Made by a program: the position numbers and the translations under genes. This document shows, one piece after another, positions 49,683 through 58,838 of a stretch of 64,000 nucleotides of DNA. The notes beneath the pieces are model-generated. The model did no database searches and had not been told where the DNA came from. It was given only the letters and a program-made list of their open reading frames with translations. Origin of the DNA: Salinivirgaceae bacterium. Lineage in GTDB: Bacteria > Bacteroidota > Bacteroidia > Bacteroidales > SZUA-534. Within the stretch, counting starts at the first letter, position 1; the number at the start of each line of letters is the position of its first letter. The DNA lies in NCBI GenBank assembly GCA_050179685.1, contig JBFXEW010000007.1, forward strand, positions 79,223 to 143,222. The letters run 5' to 3'.

Positions 49683-50186
49683 TTATTCACTTTGCTGATT
49701 TGTACCCTGATCTGGTTTTTTGGATGGCCTCCGTTTGTTGTAATACCTTCTTTTTTGAGGTTTCTTTTTTGGCTGACCATTTTCGTCTGTTTCACCTTCT
49801 GTTGTTGCCTCAACGGGCTTTTTGTGGGGTGCATTTTCGGGACGATTGGGGCGCTGCTCATTGCGCTGTTCCTGTTTTTGTTGCGGTTTGGTTTTGGTAA
49901 GTTCACGCTTCACGTTTTTAAGCTCGCGCGATAGGTTTCCCTTTAAGCCATTCATGGTTAACACCATGTCATCTTTATAATTCATCAAAGCCACATCCTG
50001 TACTTTCTTTACTTTAAGAATCCAGAAAATGGTAATTACAGCAATAATTAACGCAAGTAGCGCAATGGCCAGTGTAATGTAAACCAGCATGTTTATCTGG
50101 TTATTTACTTCGGCACTCAAAGGGCGGGCTAAAGCTGGTACTGCCATTAACATCAAGCTAACCAGCACATATGTTATTCTTTTCAT
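49683..50186 (-). CDS. Hypothetical membrane protein (two hydrophobic segments, coiled coil, basic low-complexity tail)
   Basis: 167-aa ORF with ATG start, filling the gap between mgtE and the terminator. Confidence 0.6.
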   Translation of the reverse strand: MKRITYVLVSLMLMAVPALARPLSAEVNNQINMLVYITLAIALLALIIAVITIFWILKVKKVQDVALMNYKDDMVLTMNGLKGNLSRELKNVKRELTKTKPQQKQEQRNEQRPNRPENAPHKKPVEATTEGETDENGQPKKKPQKRRYYNKRRPSKKPDQGTNQQSE

Positions 50187-50323
50187 TTGTTATAATATTT
50201 TTATTGCAGATGGAACCCACACATTCGGCTAACGCATCACAGATTTAAATGATTGGCGCTAAGCATCTGCTGTTAATCCTAATCTTGTTTACTTGTGGGA
50301 GTAAGATGCATGAATTAAAAATG

Positions 50324-51694
50324 TTAAATAAATTGTAAATAAAAAAAGCGGGTAATTAAAAAATAAATAAATAAACCAATCACATCGTTAATTGTGGTGA
50401 TAAAAGGTCCGGTAGCCACAGCCGGATCAATTTTAAAACGATGCAGGGTTAAAGGAACAAAGGTACCAAAGAGCGCGGCAAACACAATTACTGTAATTAA
50501 AGCCAGACTGACTGAAATAGTAAGTGCCATGGATTGGTGCACCAGCATATTGTAGGCAAAGAGCAGGGTTGCCAGAATAATACCGTTTAACAAAGCTATG
50601 GAGATTTCTTTCAACAGTTTGCGCGATGTTGATTCAAGTCCAAGCGATTTATTAGCCAGCCCTTGCACAATAATCGATGAGGATTGAATGCCCACATTTC
50701 CGCCCATAGCAGTTATTAGCGTAATAAAGAAAGCAACTTCAGGGAAAAGTTTAATTTCTTCTTCGAAACCTCCAATAACCAGAGCACCAAAAACTCCCCC
50801 AACAAGCCCTATAAACAACCAGGGAATACGAGCTTTGGTCAATTGAAAAATACTGTCCGAAGCTTCCACATCACCACTGATACCCGAAATCATCTGGTAA
50901 TCTTTTTCAGCTTCTTCCTTAATTACATCCACCACGTCGTCGATGGTAATTCTACCTTTAAGTCGGCCAATACTATCGACTACCGGCATGGCAACCAGGT
51001 CGTATTTTTCCATAATACTGGCAACTTCTTCCGAATCGGTGTCTGTTTTTACTGAAATAACACTGGTATCGTAAATGTCTTTTACCTGTGTTTTAACATT
51101 AGCAAGCAGAATCTTTTTTAGTGGAAGGGTTCCTTTAAGAACGCCCGAAGCATCTACCACATAAACAAAGAAAATTTCATCTACTTCTTCGGCTTGTTTT
51201 CTTATTTCGTCGAGACAGGTGCTTACGGTCCAATCGTCTTGAACAGCAATAAGCTCCGTGGCCATTAAACCCCCGGCTGTATCTTCGTCGTAGCTCAGCA
51301 GATCAACAATATCGCCAGCCTGTTCCACATCGCGAATGTGGGCCAAAACCTCATCCTGTTTAGCTTCGGGTAATTCGGCAATAACGTCGGCAGCATCATC
51401 CGAATCCATATTGTCGATAAAAACCGAAGCAATCTCAGCACTGGTTAAAAAACTCAAAAAGCGCTCCCTGACATCTTCTTCAAGTTCAATAAGCAGATCG
51501 GCTCCCTTGTCGGGATCGAGGTGGAGGTATACAAAACGGGCTTCTTCAATATCGAGCTCATCAAAAATCTCGGCAATGTCGGCAGGGTGCAACTCATTGG
51601 TAAGCTGCTTTACCAACATTTCATCCTGGTTTTGAATGCCGGTTTTTAAGTTGTCAAGATATTCTCTGGTTAATTCGAATCGGTTTGTGGCCAT
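50324..51694 (-). CDS. mgtE: Magnesium transporter MgtE
   Basis: Acidic N domain, 'TAGGLMATE', CBS pair 'ITIDDVVDV', TM 'GGNVGIQSS' and 'DPAVATGPFITT'. Confidence 0.95.
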   Translation of the reverse strand: MATNRFELTREYLDNLKTGIQNQDEMLVKQLTNELHPADIAEIFDELDIEEARFVYLHLDPDKGADLLIELEEDVRERFLSFLTSAEIASVFIDNMDSDDAADVIAELPEAKQDEVLAHIRDVEQAGDIVDLLSYDEDTAGGLMATELIAVQDDWTVSTCLDEIRKQAEEVDEIFFVYVVDASGVLKGTLPLKKILLANVKTQVKDIYDTSVISVKTDTDSEEVASIMEKYDLVAMPVVDSIGRLKGRITIDDVVDVIKEEAEKDYQMISGISGDVEASDSIFQLTKARIPWLFIGLVGGVFGALVIGGFEEEIKLFPEVAFFITLITAMGGNVGIQSSSIIVQGLANKSLGLESTSRKLLKEISIALLNGIILATLLFAYNMLVHQSMALTISVSLALITVIVFAALFGTFVPLTLHRFKIDPAVATGPFITTINDVIGLFIYFLITRFFYLQFI

Positions 51695-51699
51695 GTACA

Positions 51700-52485
51700 C
51701 TAAATTTTTTCCTCTAACAGTTTTTCTACCTTTAAGGTAAGTTCAATAAATTCCTGAACACTAAGCTGCTCCGGACGTTTTCGGAATATCTCATCTTCGG
51801 GCTTCAAATTTAGTAAAATACTTTTTAAACTGTTCGATAAAGTTTTACGACGTTGGTTGAAACCGGTTTTAACTATCCTGAAAAAAAGTGCCTCGTTGCA
51901 AGGCAAATGGCTTGTGCTGTTTCGGGTAATCCGGATAACCCCCGATTTTACTTTGGGTGGCGGGTCGAAAACATTTTCGTGTACGGTAAATAAATACTCA
52001 ATAGTATAAAAAGCTTGCAGCAAAACACTTAAAATGCCGTAGGTTTTGTTTCCATGTTTCGACGCCACCCGCTCGGCAACTTCTTTTTGAAACATGCCCA
52101 CCATTTCAGGCACCTTGTCGCGGTGCTCAATAATTTTAAAAAGTATCTGGCTCGAAATATTGTATGGGAAATTTCCGATAATGGCAAAAGGCTTGTCAAA
52201 CAAGTTGGCCAAATTCATTTTTAAAAAATCGCCGGTTAAAATTCTACCATCCAGCTGAGGAAAATGCTTTTGCAGGTAAACTACCGATTCCGTGTCAATC
52301 TCAACCACCGAAGTTTCGAAACGCTGATCCTGCAACAGAAACTGAGTCAACACGCCCATACCCGGGCCAATCTCGAGTACCGTGTTGGGCACATTTGAAG
52401 TAAAACTTTCAGCAATTTTTTTAGCAATCTGCTGATCTTTTAAAAAGTGTTGCCCCAAATGTTTCTTCGCACGGACGTTATTCAT
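51700..52485 (-). CDS. rsmA: 16S rRNA m6,2A dimethyltransferase
   Basis: 'KKHLGQHFL', 'LEIGPGMG', 'GNFPYNISS' and 'FNQRRKTL'. Confidence 0.97.
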   Translation of the reverse strand: MNNVRAKKHLGQHFLKDQQIAKKIAESFTSNVPNTVLEIGPGMGVLTQFLLQDQRFETSVVEIDTESVVYLQKHFPQLDGRILTGDFLKMNLANLFDKPFAIIGNFPYNISSQILFKIIEHRDKVPEMVGMFQKEVAERVASKHGNKTYGILSVLLQAFYTIEYLFTVHENVFDPPPKVKSGVIRITRNSTSHLPCNEALFFRIVKTGFNQRRKTLSNSLKSILLNLKPEDEIFRKRPEQLSVQEFIELTLKVEKLLEEKI

Positions 52486-52643
52486 ATACCGGATAATTTT
52501 AGGCTTGCAAGTTACATTTTTGGAGGAATAATCCAGCCAAATGCATCAGTTTTAAATATAGCCAATGCATGATGCATTAAAAATTCCACTTTCGATTCAC
52601 CTAAAATAGTAACTTTACCCGCTTACTATGGTGGTTTTATAAT

Positions 52644-53594
52644 ATGTCTAAAAATATCCTCATCGTTTTAAAATGGCTGGCTATAATACTCAGTTGTGCT
52701 TACATTGCCTATAAACTTTGGAAGGATTACCAGGCTGGGTGGTTATCGTTTAATTCCGATTCCTTTACCTATAATCAATGGATTCTTTTTTTAGCCTCAC
52801 TGACATTGGTTTTTGTAAACTGGGGACTCGAATCGGTAAAATGGAAACTTCTGATGAACTCCATTGCTCCCATAAGTTGGAATAAAGCTATCGGTAGTGT
52901 ATTGGCCGGAGTTTCGGTTTCAATTTTCACTCCAAACAGGGTGGGAGAATTTGGCGGACGGATATTTTTTCTGGAGAAAGAAACCCGGGTGCAAGGGGTT
53001 GGTGCCACTTTGGTTGGCAATCTGGCACAACTGTTAACCACACTGATTATTGGGTTCATCGGCTTAATTCCCTTTTGGAGTTTACTGGATACCACAAGTT
53101 CATTTCCACTTTCAGGAACCACGCTTTTTTTTATTTCGCTTGTAGTAATTGTCCTGGGTTTAATCGTCTATTTTAGCGTGCATCGGCTAGAGCCTTTGTT
53201 CATCAAGCTAAAGTGGACTCAGCAAAAGATGCATTATTTTAAGTTCTTAGCTGCTTATAAAAAGCAATTGTTACTGACTGTGTTCGGGTTAAGTGCTTTG
53301 CGCTACCTGGTTTTTTCAATTCAGTTTTTTTTATTGTTAAAACTCAATGGAATTAACCTGACACCAACTGTTACTGCTCTTGCAATAAGCCAGATTTATT
53401 TAATTTTAACTTTGGTTCCAACCTTTGCTTTAAGCGAAGTTGGTGTGCGTAGTTCAGTAGCGGTGCTGGTTTTGGGAGTTTTTACTCCGCTTTCGGGAGC
53501 TGTAATAGTAGCTTCGGTAAGTTTGTGGATTATTAATCTTGCTTTTCCGGCTTTAATGGGAACGCTATTTTTAACAAAACAAAGAATAAGCTAA
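52644..53594 (+). CDS. Lysylphosphatidylglycerol synthase-like (UPF0104) membrane protein
   Basis: 'NWGLESVKWK' and 'FTPNRVGEFGGR'; polytopic. Confidence 0.7.
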   Translation: MSKNILIVLKWLAIILSCAYIAYKLWKDYQAGWLSFNSDSFTYNQWILFLASLTLVFVNWGLESVKWKLLMNSIAPISWNKAIGSVLAGVSVSIFTPNRVGEFGGRIFFLEKETRVQGVGATLVGNLAQLLTTLIIGFIGLIPFWSLLDTTSSFPLSGTTLFFISLVVIVLGLIVYFSVHRLEPLFIKLKWTQQKMHYFKFLAAYKKQLLLTVFGLSALRYLVFSIQFFLLLKLNGINLTPTVTALAISQIYLILTLVPTFALSEVGVRSSVAVLVLGVFTPLSGAVIVASVSLWIINLAFPALMGTLFLTKQRIS

Positions 53595-53598
53595 ACGT

Positions 53599-54078
53599 AT
53601 GATTGATATTATTTTACTTGCTGTTGGCATATCGTTGATTCTGGTTGGGCTCATTGGTTGTATTGTACCCGTTTTGCCTGGCCCTCCTTTAAGTTTTTTA
53701 GGCATGTTGGCTTTGCACTATACCCATTGGGGCGGATTCGATCCCGATTTATTATGGACCATGGGGTCGTTGGCTGTAATTGTTACCGTGTTGGATTATA
53801 TTGTGCCCATTTGGGGTACTAAAAAATTTGGTGGCAGTAAGTCCGGAATCTGGGGAGCATCGATTGGATTGTTGATAGGACTTTTTTTAGGTCCGCTGGG
53901 AATAATTTTTGGCCCTTTTGTTGGCGCTTTGGTAGGTGAGCTAACTCAGCATAACGATTCCGGAAAAGCGTTTGTAGCTGCATTGGGTTCACTGGTGGGT
54001 TTGCTCATGGGAATTGGTCTTAAGTTAATTGCCTCAGGATTTATTACCTATTATTTTATAAAAGAATTGTTTATATAA
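53599..54078 (+). CDS. DUF456-family membrane protein
   Basis: 'VPVLPGPPL' and 'KKFGGSKSGIWGASIG...GPFVGALVGEL'. Confidence 0.85.
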   Translation: MIDIILLAVGISLILVGLIGCIVPVLPGPPLSFLGMLALHYTHWGGFDPDLLWTMGSLAVIVTVLDYIVPIWGTKKFGGSKSGIWGASIGLLIGLFLGPLGIIFGPFVGALVGELTQHNDSGKAFVAALGSLVGLLMGIGLKLIASGFITYYFIKELFI

Positions 54079-54090
54079 AACACAAAAGCT

Positions 54091-54573
54091 GTGAACACCT
54101 TAATTCTTTATGCAAGCAAGCACGGTAGCAGCGAGAAAGCTGTTCAAATGCTAAAAGAAAAACTCAAGGGACAGACTACCCTATTGAACTTATCAAAAGA
54201 AAAAAAGACAACAGACTTAAAACCCTTCGATAATTTGGTTATTGGCGGTTCCATACATGCCGGACAAATACAATCGGTAGTCAAAAACTTTTGTACGCTG
54301 CATCAGACTCAAATTCTTGAAAAACCCTTTGGCTTATTTTTATGTTGTATGGATGCCGAAAAAGCTTCCCTGCAATTTGAACAGGTTTACCCCGAAATAT
54401 TACGGAACGCTTCGTTGGCAAACGGTTTGTTTGGCGGTGAATTTTTGCTGGATAGAATGAATTTTATGGAGCGGTTTTTAGTAAAAAAGATAGCAAAAGT
54501 AACCCAATCGGTTTCACAAATTAACGATGCTGCCATCCATCAATTTGCACAAAAATTTAACAGCCTGTCTTAA
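54091..54573 (+). CDS. Flavodoxin-domain protein (HemG-like)
   Basis: 'LILYASKHGSSEK', 'IGGSIHAG' and 'GLFLCC'. GTG start. Confidence 0.8.
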   Translation: MNTLILYASKHGSSEKAVQMLKEKLKGQTTLLNLSKEKKTTDLKPFDNLVIGGSIHAGQIQSVVKNFCTLHQTQILEKPFGLFLCCMDAEKASLQFEQVYPEILRNASLANGLFGGEFLLDRMNFMERFLVKKIAKVTQSVSQINDAAIHQFAQKFNSLS

Positions 54574-54682
54574 TAACATAGTTTATCTACGAACATTTTG
54601 TATTTGCTGGGGTTGTAGTGGTTGCACAAAAAAAATTAGTGTAGAGAAATATTATTAACCATCTTTGCAAAAAAATAAGCAT

Positions 54683-55360
54683 ATGCAGATTGGCGGAAAA
54701 TTGATGGATCCCATTGGCAGACTCATGGGATTGCGGTATAAATCGCATCCCTGGCATGGGATAGATTTGGGTAGCGAAGCACCCCGAAAAGTAAATGCCT
54801 TTATTGAAATGGTACCAACCGACACCGTTAAATACGAGGTGGATAAATCGAGCGGTTATTTACGGATTGACCGGCCTCAAAAGTATTCCAATGTTATTCC
54901 GGCGCTTTATGGCTTTTTACCGCAAACCTACTGTGGAAAACTGGTGGGCGATTTTTGTATGGAAAAATCGGGTCGGCAAAACATTATTGGCGACGGCGAC
55001 CCACTGGATATCTGTATTTTAACAGAAAAAGCCATCAGTCACGGCGATATTCTGGTAAAAGCCATTCCAATTGGCGGTTTCCGGATGATTGACGGTAATG
55101 AAGCTGACGATAAAATTATTGCCGTTTTAAAAGACGATGCAACCTACGGTCATATTAACGACATGGCCGACCTGCCAACCCTGGTTATCGACCGGCTGAA
55201 ACATTACTTCTTAACTTACAAAGATATTCCCGGCGAAGAATCGAACACGGAGATACCTAATATTTACGGACAAGACGAAGCCCTTGAAGTAATTCAAGCC
55301 GCCATGACTGATTATATGGACTGGCTGGACAACATACAGGTGGCTCTTTCAAAGGTTTAA
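54683..55360 (+). CDS. ppa: Inorganic pyrophosphatase (family I)
   Basis: 'HPWHG', 'VKYEVDK', 'YGFLPQT', 'DGDPLD' and 'DDKIIAV'. Confidence 0.93.
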   Translation: MQIGGKLMDPIGRLMGLRYKSHPWHGIDLGSEAPRKVNAFIEMVPTDTVKYEVDKSSGYLRIDRPQKYSNVIPALYGFLPQTYCGKLVGDFCMEKSGRQNIIGDGDPLDICILTEKAISHGDILVKAIPIGGFRMIDGNEADDKIIAVLKDDATYGHINDMADLPTLVIDRLKHYFLTYKDIPGEESNTEIPNIYGQDEALEVIQAAMTDYMDWLDNIQVALSKV

Positions 55361-55363
55361 GAT

Positions 55364-56578
55364 TTGCTTTTTTTTAAGGACAATAAAACCCTGGTGACCT
55401 GGTGGTTGGTTGCATCAGTAATTGCCTTTGCAGCATTTAACAAAAGCAATTGCGATGAAGTAGTTGCAGAACCTGCTGTAAGCGACACCCTGATATATTT
55501 TTCCTATTCAGCAAATCAGCAACAAAAGCTTCAGCATCTGTTTGCCGATTTGCATCACAAATATGGTTTTAATGGGGTAGTGTTGATTGGGCAAAAAGAC
55601 TCGGTTTTTTATTCGGAAAGTTTTGGTTATAGTAATTACAGGAACAAAGACACCCTTACTGAAAACACGGCTTTTCAACTGGCATCTGTATCAAAGCAAT
55701 TTACTGCTGTAGCCATATTGCAGCTCTATCAGCAGAAAAAGTTGAACTTAAGCGATTCCATTGAGCATTTTTATCCCGATTTTCCTTTAAAAGGAATTAC
55801 CATTCATCAAATGCTCACACACCGATCGGGTTTGCCAAATTACCATTACTTTTTACAGCATATCCCCACTACTTACGACACCTTAATTTCGAATCAGCAG
55901 GTAGTACAGGAAATTATAAGTAAAAATATTCCCATTTACTTTTCGCCCAACCGGCGTTATCTGTATAGCAATACGGGCTATGCCGTTTTAGCCGCCATAG
56001 TTGAAAAAGTGAGTGGATTGCGTTTCGACAAATATGTTGAAACAAATATTTTTAAGCCTTTAAAAATGGATCAATCATTTATTTACAAAGGCATTGAAAA
56101 TGAAAAACCTACCACAGCAGCAACAGGATACCTGTATTGGTGGCGCGAAGCCGAGGACAATTACCTCGACGGAGTTATGGGCGATAAAGGCATTTATACC
56201 AGTGCTGCCGATTTATTTAAGTGGGATCAGGGTTTGTATCACAATCAAATAATCCATCGCGATACTTTGGAACTGGCTTTTCAGCCCTGGGGTAAACCAT
56301 TGCATTTTAAATCGAATTACGGTTATGGCTGGCGAATGTTTTACTGGGGTCAGGATTCAGTTAAAGTGTTGTTTCATGGCGGATGGTGGCACGGTTTTAA
56401 AACCTTATTATTGCGTATTCCACAGGATTCTACAACACTTATTGTTTTAAAAAACCGAAGCAAAGGCGCCAATATAAGCACGCGGCGCTTACTTCATATT
56501 TTATATCCCGACTCCCTGCCCCCTTCTGACAGTCTGGAAATACATGTTATTGAGGAAACGCAGGAAAACGAAGAATAA
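55364..56578 (+). CDS. Serine hydrolase, beta-lactamase class C / PBP-related
   Basis: SxxK 'ASVSKQF', YxN 'YSNTGY', 'LTHRSG' and 'HGG'. TTG start uncertain. Confidence 0.85.
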   Translation: MLFFKDNKTLVTWWLVASVIAFAAFNKSNCDEVVAEPAVSDTLIYFSYSANQQQKLQHLFADLHHKYGFNGVVLIGQKDSVFYSESFGYSNYRNKDTLTENTAFQLASVSKQFTAVAILQLYQQKKLNLSDSIEHFYPDFPLKGITIHQMLTHRSGLPNYHYFLQHIPTTYDTLISNQQVVQEIISKNIPIYFSPNRRYLYSNTGYAVLAAIVEKVSGLRFDKYVETNIFKPLKMDQSFIYKGIENEKPTTAATGYLYWWREAEDNYLDGVMGDKGIYTSAADLFKWDQGLYHNQIIHRDTLELAFQPWGKPLHFKSNYGYGWRMFYWGQDSVKVLFHGGWWHGFKTLLLRIPQDSTTLIVLKNRSKGANISTRRLLHILYPDSLPPSDSLEIHVIEETQENEE

Positions 56579-56581
56579 AAC

Positions 56582-56610
56582 AAAAAAGGGACTACCAAAC
56601 CGGCAGTCCC
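56582..56610 (-). terminator. dps terminator
   Basis: GGGACT...AGTCCC stem followed by a U6 run on the - strand. Confidence 0.7.
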
Positions 56611-56635
56611 CAATATCTTGCGTTTTAAACGGAAC

Positions 56636-57100
56636 TTAACTTAGCGATGCCGTATACATCCAAACCAGTTTTTCCTGTTCACGAATATAATCGCTCATTA
56701 AAGCATTCGTTCCCTCATCGTCAGCTTCGCCTGCCAACTCAAGAATGGCCCGTTGTTTTACCAAAAGAATCTTAAAAGAATCCAAAACCGATTTAACCGT
56801 TTCGTTGGCTCCGGTAAGGTTTGGTGTTTCTTTAATTTCTGAGTTTTTTAAATACTCCGAAAAGTTATGTGTTGGAGTTCCTCCCAGCGTTAAAATACGC
56901 TCTGCAATTTCATCCACTTTTAATACCAGGTCGTTATACAATTCTTCAAATTTCATGTGAAGCTCAAAAAACTTCTCACCCTTAATATTCCAATGGAACC
57001 CACGGGTATTCATGTAAAAAACCTGATAATTAGCCAATAAGTCGTTTAACTGTAACGCCAGTTCGTTGCTTTTTTCTGTATTTAATCCTATTCTGTTCAT
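56636..57100 (-). CDS. dps: DNA protection during starvation protein
   Basis: 'FHWNIKG..FFELHMKFEELY', 'DEIAERI' and 'EKLVWM'. Confidence 0.96.
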   Translation of the reverse strand: MNRIGLNTEKSNELALQLNDLLANYQVFYMNTRGFHWNIKGEKFFELHMKFEELYNDLVLKVDEIAERILTLGGTPTHNFSEYLKNSEIKETPNLTGANETVKSVLDSFKILLVKQRAILELAGEADDEGTNALMSDYIREQEKLVWMYTASLS

Positions 57101-57144
57101 AATATTATATTTTAATGTTTAAACTTTTGTTGATTTTCGATGAA

Positions 57145-57211
57145 CAAATATACGAACAAAGGAAAGGCGCGTCAAATCGATTTGTGTTATGCAGCTATAG
57201 TTAAAACCTAT
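57145..57211 (-). promoter_or_regulatory. dps promoter (TTTG-20-TATATTTG) with adjacent OxyR-like site
   Basis: -7 box at 57145-57152 and -33 at 57173-57176. On the - strand, ATAGgttttaaCTAT-N6-ATAAcacaaatCGAT spans 57176-57211. Confidence 0.65.
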
Positions 57212-57252
57212 ACTTTCAAGGAAAAAATATAAACAAATTGATGGTGGAAATG

Positions 57253-57277
57253 TGTAACGTTTCACTTATTTTGTCGT
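57253..57277 (+). promoter_or_regulatory. Candidate ECF-sigma promoter TGTAAC-N16-CGT
   Basis: AAC/CGT motifs with 16-nt spacing, 57 nt upstream of the membrane-protein cluster. Confidence 0.45.
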
Positions 57278-57334
57278 TGTTTAACTGTAGTATATCGTTT
57301 ATAAGTATTAAATTTATAATTTAAACAGAAAATC

Positions 57335-57862
57335 ATGGAAAATAAAACGTATCGACAAAATAATGGACAAGGTTTTGCCATTGCAGGACTGATAATTGGA
57401 ATTTTTTCTTTGCTGTTTGCTATCATACCTTGTGTAGGAGCTATCGGAATATTTATGGGTAGTCTGGCTGTTGTTTTTGGTTCGCTGGCAGTTTCAAAAG
57501 CAAATGCTCAAAATGAACCCAAAGGTATGGGTATTGCCGGAATCGCACTTGGTGGTGCTGCAATTTTTATTGCCATTTTAATGATGGTTTTACTGTTTAA
57601 CTCAAAAAACATTTTTAAAGATACCTTTAAAGATAAATTTGAATGGGTTAAAGAATTTGAAGATTTGGATGAAAATTTTGAGGAAATTCATTCGCTTGAC
57701 GAACTCGAAAGAGCCCTTGACGATTTAGAAGGGGTTGTAGATAGTATTGAAATAGAAGTTGACAGCGCTTCAAATGCAATTAAGAAAGAAGTAAAAGCTG
57801 CACTCGACGAGGCAAAAATTGAAATTAAAAATGCCAAAAAGCACAAAGTGGAATTGGAATAG
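57335..57862 (+). CDS. Small membrane protein (DUF4190-like) with acidic cytoplasmic tail
   Basis: 'GFAIAGLIIGIFSL' and 'KGMGIAGIALG'. Confidence 0.6.
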   Translation: MENKTYRQNNGQGFAIAGLIIGIFSLLFAIIPCVGAIGIFMGSLAVVFGSLAVSKANAQNEPKGMGIAGIALGGAAIFIAILMMVLLFNSKNIFKDTFKDKFEWVKEFEDLDENFEEIHSLDELERALDDLEGVVDSIEIEVDSASNAIKKEVKAALDEAKIEIKNAKKHKVELE

Positions 57863-58259
57863 CCAAAGCCAAAAGGCCTACCTTAAAATTAATGGAATAA
57901 TTGCCGGAGTAATTGTACTAATGCTGCTTTACTCCGGCATTTTTAGTGCCGGCGGACGGGTCCATCCCATACCATCGATGTACAACGTGCCTGTTGTCAG
58001 CACCGGTTTGTCGCGGGCTTTTTCTGAAATTGTGCGGGGTAACTGGCAACAAGCTCTCTCCTATAATGCATACTCGTTGCAAATATTCATATTTTTCGTT
58101 GCCCAGCTTTTTTTACGTCTTCTTTTTTCCTTTTTGCTGTTTAGAAAAATGTTTTCCCAAAACACCCTCCTGTTTTCCGATATTTTGATATCAGTTTTAT
58201 TATTTTTGTGGGCATTTGCAGCATTTATAGTTGCACAATTTAAAATGATAGGAATTTAA
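57831..58259 (+). CDS. Small membrane protein (DUF2752-like)
   Basis: 'STGLSRAFSEIVRGNWQQALSYN' followed by hydrophobic helices. Start uncertain. Confidence 0.55.
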   Translation: MPKSTKWNWNSQSQKAYLKINGIIAGVIVLMLLYSGIFSAGGRVHPIPSMYNVPVVSTGLSRAFSEIVRGNWQQALSYNAYSLQIFIFFVAQLFLRLLFSFLLFRKMFSQNTLLFSDILISVLLFLWAFAAFIVAQFKMIGI

Positions 58260-58330
58260 TTGTACATGTTCACAGCTTTTTATCAGCTATTACCAATAAA
58301 CGCTTGTGCATCAAAATTGAAATTCAAGAA

Positions 58331-58804
58331 ATGAAAACGTTTTTTCTCAGATATTCAGGATTATTGCCGGTGCTTTTGCTGCATCTTATTGTAGGTTGTC
58401 AATCGTCAACTATTAAAGAGGTAGTTGACAGTTACGAAAATGGACAAGCCAAATTAGAACGATTCCATCAAAATAACGATGGTGAACAGGTTCTTATAAA
58501 GGAAATTCATTATTATGAGAATGGGAATAAGCGCATCGAAGGAGCTATTAGCAAAGGGAAACGAGAGGGAGTCTGGACATTTTGGTTTGAACACGGTTCG
58601 CTGTGGCGCGAAGTGAATTACTCCAAAGGAAGCCCCGATGGTTCGACCAAGGCATATCATGAAAATGGAATGTTATTCTATCAGGGAAACTTTTTAAACG
58701 GTGAAAAACATGGTGAATGGAGCTTTTTTGATATTGAGGGAAAGCTGGTTAATCAAATTATCTTTGAAAATGGAGTACTCAAAAGCCAAACCAACAGCAA
58801 ATAA
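58331..58804 (+). CDS. MORN/YwqK-repeat putative lipoprotein
   Basis: Lipobox-like 'LIVGC'; repeats 'YYENGNKRIEG', 'YHENGMLFYQG' and 'KHGEWSFF'. Confidence 0.75.
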   Translation: MKTFFLRYSGLLPVLLLHLIVGCQSSTIKEVVDSYENGQAKLERFHQNNDGEQVLIKEIHYYENGNKRIEGAISKGKREGVWTFWFEHGSLWREVNYSKGSPDGSTKAYHENGMLFYQGNFLNGEKHGEWSFFDIEGKLVNQIIFENGVLKSQTNSK

Positions 58805-58838
58805 CAATAAACAGTAAAACAGCTAATTATTTAAATAT

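Noticed and set aside
55364-56578. Acquired antibiotic-resistance beta-lactamase
   Set aside because: It has the generic serine-hydrolase/PBP-like motifs common in Bacteroidota, with no mobile context and no class A/D signature.
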